Shown one piece after another: positions 28,158 through 36,563 of a DNA stretch of 64,000 nucleotides (the first letter of the stretch is position 1; each line of letters starts with the position of its first letter). A program made the position numbers and the translations under genes. The DNA is from a virus (taxonomy: Duplodnaviria; Caudoviricetes), in IMG/VR virus record IMGVR_UViG_3300025306_000003, positions 569 through 64,568 of that record; one strand, given 5' to 3'. The notes under the pieces are model-generated. The model saw nothing but the letters and a program-made list of their open reading frames with translations, was not told the DNA's origin and ran no database searches.

Positions 28158-28203
28158 CGCCTCACCTCACGGTATCTTGCTGTGTTTCAATTAGGATAGG
28201 AGA

Positions 28204-28238
28204 ATTGTAATCGAAAATTTACGCAAAAGCAACTAAAA
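28204..28238 (-). promoter_or_regulatory. sigma70-type promoter for uvsY-ssb-recA
   Basis: TTGCTT-17-TACAAT, preceded by TTTTAG. Confidence 0.6.
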
Positions 28239-28550
28239 AACTCTGGGAATCGCCATGTGCCGAAAGGCTCGGACCAATGCGATTGTGATCCCACGTTCCA
28301 CGTTCATGATCTCACGAACGCTCTTATCTGTCATACCGATGCCGACAGCCTCATCACCTGAAGTAAGAATCACGGTCGTTCTACCTCTGACCCTCCACCA
28401 CTCAGCGCCGGTCGCGAGCGCAAGTTTTCCTTGATCGCGGATTTCGCATTTGATTCTTGTGGACAACAACGTATGAAAATCCCCAGGAACCAAAATACCA
28501 TGTTCGCTATTGTGTGCCATACACACCTCACTTTCGGTAGCATCAAACAA
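28233..28550 (-). CDS. Hypothetical protein
   Basis: GRTTVIL...GIG...S..E..N.ERG..IAL.RA pattern, common in phage proteins. Confidence 0.55.
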   Translation of the reverse strand: MFDATESEVCMAHNSEHGILVPGDFHTLLSTRIKCEIRDQGKLALATGAEWWRVRGRTTVILTSGDEAVGIGMTDKSVREIMNVERGITIALVRAFRHMAIPRVF

Positions 28551-28576
28551 AAGGGCCGAGACTTATGCCCCGGCCC
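28545..28576 (-). terminator. Intrinsic terminator
   Basis: GGGCCGGGGC-ATAA-GTCTCGGCCC followed by TTTTGTTT on the minus strand. Confidence 0.7.
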
Positions 28577-28616
28577 GACCTCACTGGAATGGGTCTACTA
28601 CATCCAAGTAGAACTC

Positions 28617-28973
28617 TCAAGCGAGCATTGAGTACCCAAACAGATACCGAACTTCGTGTCGCCGCGTATCAATGTATCCTATATTGTTAGATGCAATCAC
28701 GCACAGGTCATCGAACTTCAAGTAGGCGACAGATACGTTTGGGCACACAACCCAAGTGTCAGTAACTTTCAAATTTATCGTGGAGGGCTGACTCATGAAC
28801 TGCGGAGGACCGACTCCGATAATCACAAGCGGTTTAGTATTGTCGAAGTTCGTCGCGGTCGCGACCAAGGATCCCAGCAGAAGCGCCAGCACCGCCATGA
28901 GCAAAAGCGTCATTACGGTTCTCAACATATTGGCTCTCCCAGTTAGAGTACAAACGCAAACGCAGTTTAGCAC
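28617..28973 (-). CDS. Membrane-anchored/secreted protein
   Basis: Hydrophobic N-terminus MLRTVMTLLLMAVLALLLG. Confidence 0.55.
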   Translation of the reverse strand: MLNCVCVCTLTGRANMLRTVMTLLLMAVLALLLGSLVATATNFDNTKPLVIIGVGPPQFMSQPSTINLKVTDTWVVCPNVSVAYLKFDDLCVIASNNIGYIDTRRHEVRYLFGYSMLA

Positions 28974-28978
28974 AACTC

Positions 28979-29296
28979 CTAATTTACCGCACCCCCTTTC
29001 TTCCGCAACATGTGCTTACGGAGATTCGCATAAAATGCATTCAAGTGTTTCCTGAGAGGTTCCACCATGTACGGTGCGACATTCTCAATTCGTAAAACGC
29101 GCTCCACCAAGTCTTCCCACTGATCCGCATCAATCAGTTTGGAGCATTCTCGACAAGCGCACCAATCCCCTACGGATTCCAACACCAACACCGGCCCGTC
29201 GATAACTTTGTGCGTGCCGGTGATGTACGTTTCCGCAGAGATACGCTTCTCAGCGTCTTTCGGAACCTGCAAGTTACAAAAATCACAATGCAACAT
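28979..29296 (-). CDS. Zinc-binding hypothetical protein
   Basis: CDFC...WCACREC; GGAGG RBS. Confidence 0.6.
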   Translation of the reverse strand: MLHCDFCNLQVPKDAEKRISAETYITGTHKVIDGPVLVLESVGDWCACRECSKLIDADQWEDLVERVLRIENVAPYMVEPLRKHLNAFYANLRKHMLRKKGGAVN

Positions 29297-29587
29297 TTAA
29301 GACCTCCAAGTCTTCTTTTGCCGCGAATGGAAAATCATGATACCCGCGTCGGAACTTGAGAGAAAACCTCCTCCTCGAACAGGAATTGAAAAGAACGTAT
29401 CTGGAATGCCGCACCTGACTACTTGCAACTTTCCAGTATCTGAATTGTAAGCTCTAGCTCTACGAATCATCGCGCCCGAGGGATACGTGATCTCTTCCGG
29501 TTCCAACCACGTACCCAAAATGTCGGAAGGCGCTTCGGTGCGCATACCAAAGTAGTTCGCAACACGCGGACGCGGCTCTTTCCTCAT
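29297..29587 (-). CDS. Hypothetical protein
   Basis: ATGA overlap with the polymerase stop. Confidence 0.55.
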   Translation of the reverse strand: MRKEPRPRVANYFGMRTEAPSDILGTWLEPEEITYPSGAMIRRARAYNSDTGKLQVVRCGIPDTFFSIPVRGGGFLSSSDAGIMIFHSRQKKTWRS

Positions 29588-32500
29588 ACAGCTTCCTCCT
29601 TTTCGAGACTACCCAATGCAATTCCGTATTTCATGTCGGCCTTGATGGGCACTTTGAGTTTCTTTCCCAACCACTTCAACGTATCTGGGTTGTTCATAAT
29701 GTTCTGAACGAATGCCATTTCCTTTTTGAGATATTTCTTCGGGATTTCAAGGTACACAGCGTCGTGCTGCTCCATAATGAATTTGTAATGGTGTGTCGGA
29801 TACGCCTCCAGTAACATCGCGATCTGCACAAGCAAAACGTCGTGCGCCGACGATTGAATCGGCGTATTGATCGCCTGATTCGCGCCATGCTTATCAATCA
29901 CATTGAGGTGTCTGCGTCTGCCAAACAAGTTTTCAACGTAACCATGTTTCTTAGCAAATGCAATCATCCCCCTTTGCCACTTCAGCAATTGTGGGAATCT
30001 TTGATAGTACCGTCTATGAAAATCCGCTACTTCTTGTGGAGACATAGAAAAATTAGAAATTTTCCTGCACAATTGATCATACAATCCATCAGCATCCAAA
30101 CCGTAGGCAGTTCCAAAGTTTACGGATTTTGCTACAGTACGTTGCCAATCTGCCAATTCAGCATCATCAGGCTTTTCACCAAACAAAAATTGACGGGTTT
30201 CCTCATGAAAATCAGCATCATCAATAAAAATCTGAAGCAGGGCTTTATCCTCAGACATCTCAGCCAGCACCCGCATTTCGATCTGGCTGCTGTCAAACTT
30301 GACAAGCACATGTCCGGGGGCTGCTACGAATTGGTCAAGCAATTCCTTTTTCTTTTTAATATTGTGCAACCGATACGAAGCGCGACCTGTATTGTGATTC
30401 ATAACAGCATTGGCAACAAAACCATGTGTTACTGGGACGGTCAAATCATAGACTGGAATAACAGGTCCAGGTTCTCTGTGCATCAACTTCACATAAAGAC
30501 CATCCTTTCTGAAATTGTGCTCTGACCAAGAGCGAGTATGGGGAATCTTCGCACGAAATACCTTAGCAATTCCCGCTTGTTTCTGACTCAAACACCCCAC
30601 CTCAGACAAGTAACGCAGGATTGAATGTCCGGTCACATCCAAGCTGTAATAATAAGGTGCCGTGGCATTTCCAGTCCGTCGAACTGGATGCTTGTACTCT
30701 GTGCGTTTGAAATGGCACCGCACCCCCAAGTTCCAAAGTACTTGCTGAACAATCTCCAATCGGAACTTGTCCAAAGAACGAAACCTGATTAGATACTGTA
30801 AGCATTTCCCATTACGCACAACACACCAGCTACTATCTAGCGAAACCCCACGAACGAATGCACACATCGCTGACTTGTCTCCCCCCAAGATCCACGCAGG
30901 CACGTGCTTCTCCGCCGCACCATTCAAAGGGAAATCCATCAACCATTTAGCAGTAACGTCCTTTCCGGTTATGTGTACGCTGCCATTGCTGGCATCCCAA
31001 GAAGTCTCCCGAGCGTATAAAACCTGAGAAATTGCATTTACACGTTTTAGAACATAAATATCTCTATTTGAAATGGACAAAGAGTAATGTCCCGAATTCT
31101 CCCGGTTTGTGATGTGCCCATCAGACAAAAACATACCCAATAATTCAGCTTCCTCACTAGAACAAGTAGAAACACTTGGGAAGAAATTTGCACCAAATCC
31201 AGTCTGGATGTAATCTGCAGATGTGAGATCGGCTGCCTCCTTCCAGCCCGTTTCTGTCAACAACGGGTGCTCCGGCGTACAGCACAAATGTAGTCCGCAC
31301 CCAAAAGTGAGATTCAACGTCGTGCGCCTCCGCGCAACATACGTATATGAAGTATTTCTAGGACCGTCTGGCGACAAAATCCCAATCCTGCGGGAAACAA
31401 ATCCCTCCTTATGATCACACAAGACATCTGCGAACGCGAGACCCTCGCTGGTCCAAATCAACGTATCTGCAGACACACAGTCGGTTCCGTGAAGAAACAA
31501 CGGAGCACGCGCACGGTCGTCCGCACCCACGATCTCCCAGATACCATCGACAAACGTACCTTTGTCTTTGCTTAGATCCTTGAAATCGGAGAACGCCTCC
31601 AATACAGGATTCTTCACATACTTATTGAGGATCGTGATGACTGGATCAGAAACAGACCAGCGCCCTGTAGGCGTTTTCATGTTTCCGATTTCCTGAATAC
31701 CTTCACGTGGGAGCTTTTTATGGAGCTTCAATCTATCGAATAATGCCGCACCCATCTGTGGACCCGAATTCACGTTGATGCTCGGATCCCCCACGGCCAA
31801 CCTAACCCTGCGTTCCAAATGACGAATACGCTTCTCCAAGTCTTTGGAAAGTTTCTTGGAGTAAGGCATATCAAAACCGATTCCGTTTTTCTCCATCGCT
31901 TCGTATGCACGTGAAACGAATGCGTACAATCTGCCGAGGCGCTGCTGATCTTCTGTCAGATGCGTTCTCTGCTGATCCGCAGCGATATGCGTTACGCACG
32001 CATCCAAACCATTATACTTGCAGAGAAGGTCTTCGGGCACTGAACTGAGGTGCGACATGAATTCAGAATACATCGCATTCGACTCGCGCTTGTACCCCTG
32101 AAGCTTTCTGCGATACTCCACAAACTCGTAATCATAGCCCCCCATCTTGGCGAATCGCGCCGCAACCATGTCCAAGTCATGAATCCCCCTACGTTCGTCC
32201 CACAAATAAGAACCATACATGGTGTCCCATGCATAATTCTCCACATCACAAACGAAAACGCCTTCAAGCATCCCACGATCATAGCCGTTGAAGTTCTGCC
32301 CAACCTTTGCGATCTTGGAGTCTGCCAAAATCTGCTGAAATTTTGCGTAGACCTTAGCGGTAATAAGCCGTCTCGGGACCACAAGCGCTTTGTAATCGTC
32401 ATCGAAGGTCATGGCGATACTCAAGATCTTTGCGCCTTCACCTTCAACGTCTATCGCAGTTTCGCCTTTCACCCAACCCAAAAGCGTCAAAGCCTCATGT

Positions 32501-33129
32501 TCGGATCTCGCCACAAACACCTTCGGATTTTTGGGGACGGGCTTGGTCAGAAGCTCTTGTGCCAACTGCAAATCGGAAATGAACTGATCAATTACAGTCG
32601 GGTCAAAGTTCCTGACACGCATCACGTAACTGGGATGCCAAGTCGGCACAACAAAAATCGATTTGTTTCTGTACCTAAAAATCGTTCCACGCATCTTGGC
32701 AATACCATCGCGATTAAGCAACGCCATACACGGCGTGTTGCCCAATGCGACGATGACCTTAGGCTGACACTTCGAGATTGTTTCCTCCAAGTATTTTGAG
32801 CAACAGTAAACTTCCTGATCGGTAGGCGCTCTATTTGCCTTTCCAAGAGTCGGCCGACACTTCGCGGCATTCGCAATCGACACCTGAAGCGGATCAATGC
32901 CAACAGCACGCATTGCAAGCCGCAACGTCTGTCCAGCTTTACCGATGAAAGGGACTCCCTGTGCAACTTCGTCCTCTCCAGGGGCTTCGCCGACGAAGAG
33001 CAATCCACCAGCACCAATATTTGGGAGGTATGGTCGAACTTGCCCCTCAAAATTCGCAGTTCTGTTGATATTTAGTGGACAAACATCGCAGCCCCTGAAG
33101 TTGGGATCGAACGCGCTCTTTTTTGCCAT
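29584..33129 (-). CDS. polA: Family A DNA polymerase with an N-terminal family-4-like uracil-DNA glycosylase domain, 3'-5' exonuclease and an intein
   Basis: UDG: CDVCPL, GEAPG, PFIG, KCRP, HPS. Exo: DVE, YD, YNGLD. Pol: DSSQIEMR, R..AKSVNFG..YG, QHD. Confidence 0.93.
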   Translation of the reverse strand: MAKKSAFDPNFRGCDVCPLNINRTANFEGQVRPYLPNIGAGGLLFVGEAPGEDEVAQGVPFIGKAGQTLRLAMRAVGIDPLQVSIANAAKCRPTLGKANRAPTDQEVYCCSKYLEETISKCQPKVIVALGNTPCMALLNRDGIAKMRGTIFRYRNKSIFVVPTWHPSYVMRVRNFDPTVIDQFISDLQLAQELLTKPVPKNPKVFVARSEHEALTLLGWVKGETAIDVEGEGAKILSIAMTFDDDYKALVVPRRLITAKVYAKFQQILADSKIAKVGQNFNGYDRGMLEGVFVCDVENYAWDTMYGSYLWDERRGIHDLDMVAARFAKMGGYDYEFVEYRRKLQGYKRESNAMYSEFMSHLSSVPEDLLCKYNGLDACVTHIAADQQRTHLTEDQQRLGRLYAFVSRAYEAMEKNGIGFDMPYSKKLSKDLEKRIRHLERRVRLAVGDPSINVNSGPQMGAALFDRLKLHKKLPREGIQEIGNMKTPTGRWSVSDPVITILNKYVKNPVLEAFSDFKDLSKDKGTFVDGIWEIVGADDRARAPLFLHGTDCVSADTLIWTSEGLAFADVLCDHKEGFVSRRIGILSPDGPRNTSYTYVARRRTTLNLTFGCGLHLCCTPEHPLLTETGWKEAADLTSADYIQTGFGANFFPSVSTCSSEEAELLGMFLSDGHITNRENSGHYSLSISNRDIYVLKRVNAISQVLYARETSWDASNGSVHITGKDVTAKWLMDFPLNGAAEKHVPAWILGGDKSAMCAFVRGVSLDSSWCVVRNGKCLQYLIRFRSLDKFRLEIVQQVLWNLGVRCHFKRTEYKHPVRRTGNATAPYYYSLDVTGHSILRYLSEVGCLSQKQAGIAKVFRAKIPHTRSWSEHNFRKDGLYVKLMHREPGPVIPVYDLTVPVTHGFVANAVMNHNTGRASYRLHNIKKKKELLDQFVAAPGHVLVKFDSSQIEMRVLAEMSEDKALLQIFIDDADFHEETRQFLFGEKPDDAELADWQRTVAKSVNFGTAYGLDADGLYDQLCRKISNFSMSPQEVADFHRRYYQRFPQLLKWQRGMIAFAKKHGYVENLFGRRRHLNVIDKHGANQAINTPIQSSAHDVLLVQIAMLLEAYPTHHYKFIMEQHDAVYLEIPKKYLKKEMAFVQNIMNNPDTLKWLGKKLKVPIKADMKYGIALGSLEKEEAV
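30391..31479 (-). mobile_element. Intein (363 aa) with a LAGLIDADG homing endonuclease
   Basis: HGTD|CVSADT...CTPEHP...LLGMFLSDG...VYDLTV...NHN|TGR; removal restores the GTxTGR polymerase motif. Confidence 0.93.
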
Positions 33130-33363
33130 GCTAACCCCTATACTTTCTCAAAACAAGTCTTTAATTGTCCCCGCCACGCTACTATCCGCTCACCGGATGT
33201 CCTCCGAGTTTGAGCGGCAAACGTGGCGGGGTTTCGTGGACGACTGCGGAATCGAACCGGCACATCCTTAGTAGAAGGGGTCACGTGTTGGGAAAGCACT
33301 GGCCTTGTCAGCCCAAACCGCACTATCCGACTGCGGCCCACCCCTGTCGCCCACGAAGATCAA

Positions 33364-33792
33364 TTACAAATACTGAGCGTACTGCTCATCGTTTCTGCCG
33401 CCGATGTTGACAGTCTCGTCACAAGACAGCTCCAGCAACTTGAGTTGCCGAGTCGCGTAATCAAGTTTGTGAGTCAAAAAATCAAGCTTGTTCTTGAACT
33501 CCTGCGCCGTACGGTCGCGCCTGAATTCGTGTGGAACCTCATCTTCAGGAATCTGAGTCTCCACACGCACGGAAAACAAACCACCACCTTGATGCATGAC
33601 CTCGACATTCTTGACACACAACGCGGTATCTGCGAGCATTGCAGTCGCAAACGCAACGAGGTCCACCGGAGATGTCTGAGAAGACAAACCGCTATATGCA
33701 TCACTCTGTGCCCTCACCTCAGCAAACGTGGCTTGGCACTTCTCGATGTACTCTTTGACTTTCCCGATTAAGACTTCGCGTTTTACTTTCAT
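33364..33792 (-). CDS. Hypothetical protein
   Basis: AAGGAG RBS. Confidence 0.6.
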   Translation of the reverse strand: MKVKREVLIGKVKEYIEKCQATFAEVRAQSDAYSGLSSQTSPVDLVAFATAMLADTALCVKNVEVMHQGGGLFSVRVETQIPEDEVPHEFRRDRTAQEFKNKLDFLTHKLDYATRQLKLLELSCDETVNIGGRNDEQYAQYL

Positions 33793-33858
33793 TTGGAATC
33801 TCCTTTTTTGAATTCACAAGTTATATACACACCAAGACTTTTTCGCCGTGCAGGACTC

Positions 33859-34395
33859 CTACTCCGTACCAACGAATTTCCACCTTCGAAACGTAATAAT
33901 ATTATGAATCGCCGAACAACAAACACCAAATTTACGAGAAAGAGATTTTAGTGTCTCGCCTCCCGAAGAATACAATTTACGAATTTGTATCACCTTGAAA
34001 GATGTTAACTTTGCATAGTGATGTAATTCCCCCGAAGGAGCGTTGCGCCGATTTTTATTGATACAATCTTGATTGTTAATTGCGAAGGTGCCTAGAAATA
34101 AATGTTTTGGATTCACACAAAGCGGAATATCACACTTATGAAGCACACAAAGCCCTTTTGGGATTTTGCCGTTGTGAAGCACCCAAGAAACTCTGTGTGC
34201 ACGAGTTGGTTTGCCAAATTGACCTCCGCTAAAGATGTTGCCATACCCCGATTTGAAAGTCCCCGCAGTCCACAGCCAACAACGAGTTCCCAAAATAGGA
34301 TGGATGGGGCCGTGCTTATTGACTTTTTTCCAAAAACGAACACCCACAGGAACTGGTGGGCGTCCGCGTCTTGAGATACAATTTTGAGCAACCAT
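33859..34395 (-). CDS. Free-standing HNH homing endonuclease with a C-terminal HTH
   Basis: CWLW...GYG...AHRVSW...VLHKCD.P.CVNPKHLFLGT...N. Confidence 0.9.
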   Translation of the reverse strand: MVAQNCISRRGRPPVPVGVRFWKKVNKHGPIHPILGTRCWLWTAGTFKSGYGNIFSGGQFGKPTRAHRVSWVLHNGKIPKGLCVLHKCDIPLCVNPKHLFLGTFAINNQDCINKNRRNAPSGELHHYAKLTSFKVIQIRKLYSSGGETLKSLSRKFGVCCSAIHNIITFRRWKFVGTE

Positions 34396-34470
34396 GCAGT
34401 CCTCAAAAAGAATGGCACGGCCCGTTCGGGACGTTCTTGCCCGACCGAACCATATGCCTGTTTGGAATTA

Positions 34471-34872
34471 TTAAACGAGGGTTGAAACTTCTTTTCGACG
34501 GCCCCTAGCGCGGAGCTTGAACTTTTCGCCATCAATTACATCGTAAACGGTAAAATCCCCATCCTCACGCCTGACAAGGAGCAAGTTTGGGAATGCTCCC
34601 GTCCTACCGAAAAGTTCAATCACCAAAAGAATACTGGGGTCGGTCAGCCCTGGCGTGAGAATGTAAACTGCACAACGCTCTAACAACGCCTTCCCATCAA
34701 GCTGGCGCTCAACAGCATCCACGGTCGCAACAATCTGGCGCTCCATGGGAGCACTGAAATCAATTCGAAGTCTTTGATGCACGTACAAAAAATTTTCGCC
34801 AAACTTTTCTTTTAGAAAGGCCGTTGATTGTTCGCTGGGAATATGTCCAAAGTTCAAAACCAAATTTTGCAT
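34471..34872 (-). CDS. Csx15-like protein (type III CRISPR-associated ring-nuclease family)
   Basis: LNFGH...IDFSAPMERQI...VDAV...TPGL....ILL.IELFGRTGAFP...R...F.V.DVID......ARGRR aligns end to end with the recalled Csx15 consensus (LNFSHP...PPGL...AELHGRMGYFP...EV.EI.....R..AR.RR). Confidence 0.7.
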   Translation of the reverse strand: MQNLVLNFGHIPSEQSTAFLKEKFGENFLYVHQRLRIDFSAPMERQIVATVDAVERQLDGKALLERCAVYILTPGLTDPSILLVIELFGRTGAFPNLLLVRREDGDFTVYDVIDGEKFKLRARGRRKEVSTLV

Positions 34873-34934
34873 ATCACCTCCTCAAAAGGGGATTCTAGTT
34901 GGTCAAGGTACTGCATGCAACCAATTCGAACCCC

Positions 34935-36551
34935 TTATATTGAGAAGAGATTGCTGAGAATGGTATCCTCTTTGTCTCCAGGAACGTGCATGACTTTGCC
35001 GAGCTTGCTCAATTCCTGTACACCATACGCCTCCTCATCTAAAGAATCACCGATGAACACAGGGAACACATCAAACTTCAAACGCTCCCTCTCGTTATTG
35101 AAATGCGCAAGCACAGGACCAGAAATTTGGCAGTCCCCATCCGAAATGAAAATGCAATCAGAGTCTTTTTGATTCTCCAGGTGCGAGAGATATTCCCGCA
35201 ACGGCGGATCAAAGCTTGTGCCCCCACCTGTGAAAGCCCCAAAAAAGATCTCCAAGTCTTTCACAGTTGGAGTCGTGCCTTTAGGAACGATCAGCTTTTT
35301 GCCGACCACGTAATCAAACAACACTGCCACGTAATCGCGCTTCTGCTTAACTGCGATGGACAACAACGCAATACCGACCGCCTTGGCCCACTGCTCACGG
35401 GAATACACATTTGAATTCAATGTGGGATTGCCCTCTGCATCCGTCGAATAGGACTCCTCGCCATTCGGGCACACCATTCCTGTCATAGAACCTGAGCTGT
35501 CTAACGCGACGAAGACTGGCCCCTGACCCTTTGAGTCGGTGCCTCTCAATTCATATTGAGTGAGCTTTGCGTCAAGAAAATCCTTGTAGAAAATGTCCTC
35601 CAAATCAGGGTCTTCCAGTTTGATAAACTCTTCGGGAACCACGTCTGCCAGAATATTTCCCAGCTCGATCCCCTCAACTTCAGTGCGAATGTATTCGACT
35701 TTCTCCGACTGCTTACGCTCTGCAATCGCGATCATCCTGCCAGCCAACCGCGCCAACTTGTGAAGATCAGGCATACTGTGAACCTTGTGCGCCAACTTCA
35801 TACGCTCTTGCAAGCTAACCTTTGTTTCCGTTCCAACACCTGTGCCCCACCCGAATGCTTCGGATAATTCCTGGTTGGCATCCACCTCCTCTTGAGCCTT
35901 CTGCAACTCCTTTCGAACGATCCTGCGGATCTTGCCAGCGTTGTTTTTGAGCGACTTTTGCAATTTCTTTTGTGCGACTTGCTTATCTTTGACCTTCTTC
36001 TCGGCCTCAGGCACGTCTGCAGGATCACCTTTATCGAGCAAATCGTCCAAGTCTTTCTGAATTGAATCGACTTTGTTTTGCCCATCGCGCACTTCTTTTG
36101 GCAGCTTCTTAAAGGCTTCTTCCACAGCGATCAATGCACCAACAGCGTTGATCTCATCGCCTCTGGAAAACGCCCTGAGGTGTTGATACTCAGGAAGGCC
36201 CATGACTGATTCGATCACCTGCGCGTTGGCGCTACGCGCTTCAGGAACTTCATCAAGTATTTTCGGAGCATACTTGTAGAAGATCCCGAAGCCGTCTGTC
36301 ATAAGATCCCGAAATGGCTGAGACTGCTTCCCCATCTGCGCCATCATATGTGGATGCATTTTGACAAGGGACGAAAACAATTCCTTATCCATTGTATCCA
36401 CATTGGTAGTGTACTTCGCGACACCCTCTCGGGCGTCCGTTCCAATCGGCACACCATCCTCGTCCACAAGTTCCTGCTCAGGGTCGTTCTGAGCAAGAAC
36501 CTGTTTCGGAGTCGGCGGGACCGGAGCAATCATCCGTCTGCGTCTTCGCAT
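34935..36551 (-). CDS. ViaA-like von Willebrand factor A domain protein
   Basis: MIDAS LDSSGSM, GGGTSF, ISDG; directly downstream of the MoxR ATPase. Confidence 0.88.
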   Translation of the reverse strand: MRRRRRMIAPVPPTPKQVLAQNDPEQELVDEDGVPIGTDAREGVAKYTTNVDTMDKELFSSLVKMHPHMMAQMGKQSQPFRDLMTDGFGIFYKYAPKILDEVPEARSANAQVIESVMGLPEYQHLRAFSRGDEINAVGALIAVEEAFKKLPKEVRDGQNKVDSIQKDLDDLLDKGDPADVPEAEKKVKDKQVAQKKLQKSLKNNAGKIRRIVRKELQKAQEEVDANQELSEAFGWGTGVGTETKVSLQERMKLAHKVHSMPDLHKLARLAGRMIAIAERKQSEKVEYIRTEVEGIELGNILADVVPEEFIKLEDPDLEDIFYKDFLDAKLTQYELRGTDSKGQGPVFVALDSSGSMTGMVCPNGEESYSTDAEGNPTLNSNVYSREQWAKAVGIALLSIAVKQKRDYVAVLFDYVVGKKLIVPKGTTPTVKDLEIFFGAFTGGGTSFDPPLREYLSHLENQKDSDCIFISDGDCQISGPVLAHFNNERERLKFDVFPVFIGDSLDEEAYGVQELSKLGKVMHVPGDKEDTILSNLFSI

Positions 36552-36563
36552 AAAACCCCCTAA

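Noticed and set aside
33793-34470. Possible intron around the HNH gene at 33859-34395
   Set aside because: The flanks are only ~70 nt, no P/Q/R/S elements are visible, and the neighbouring genes are intact. Treated as free-standing.
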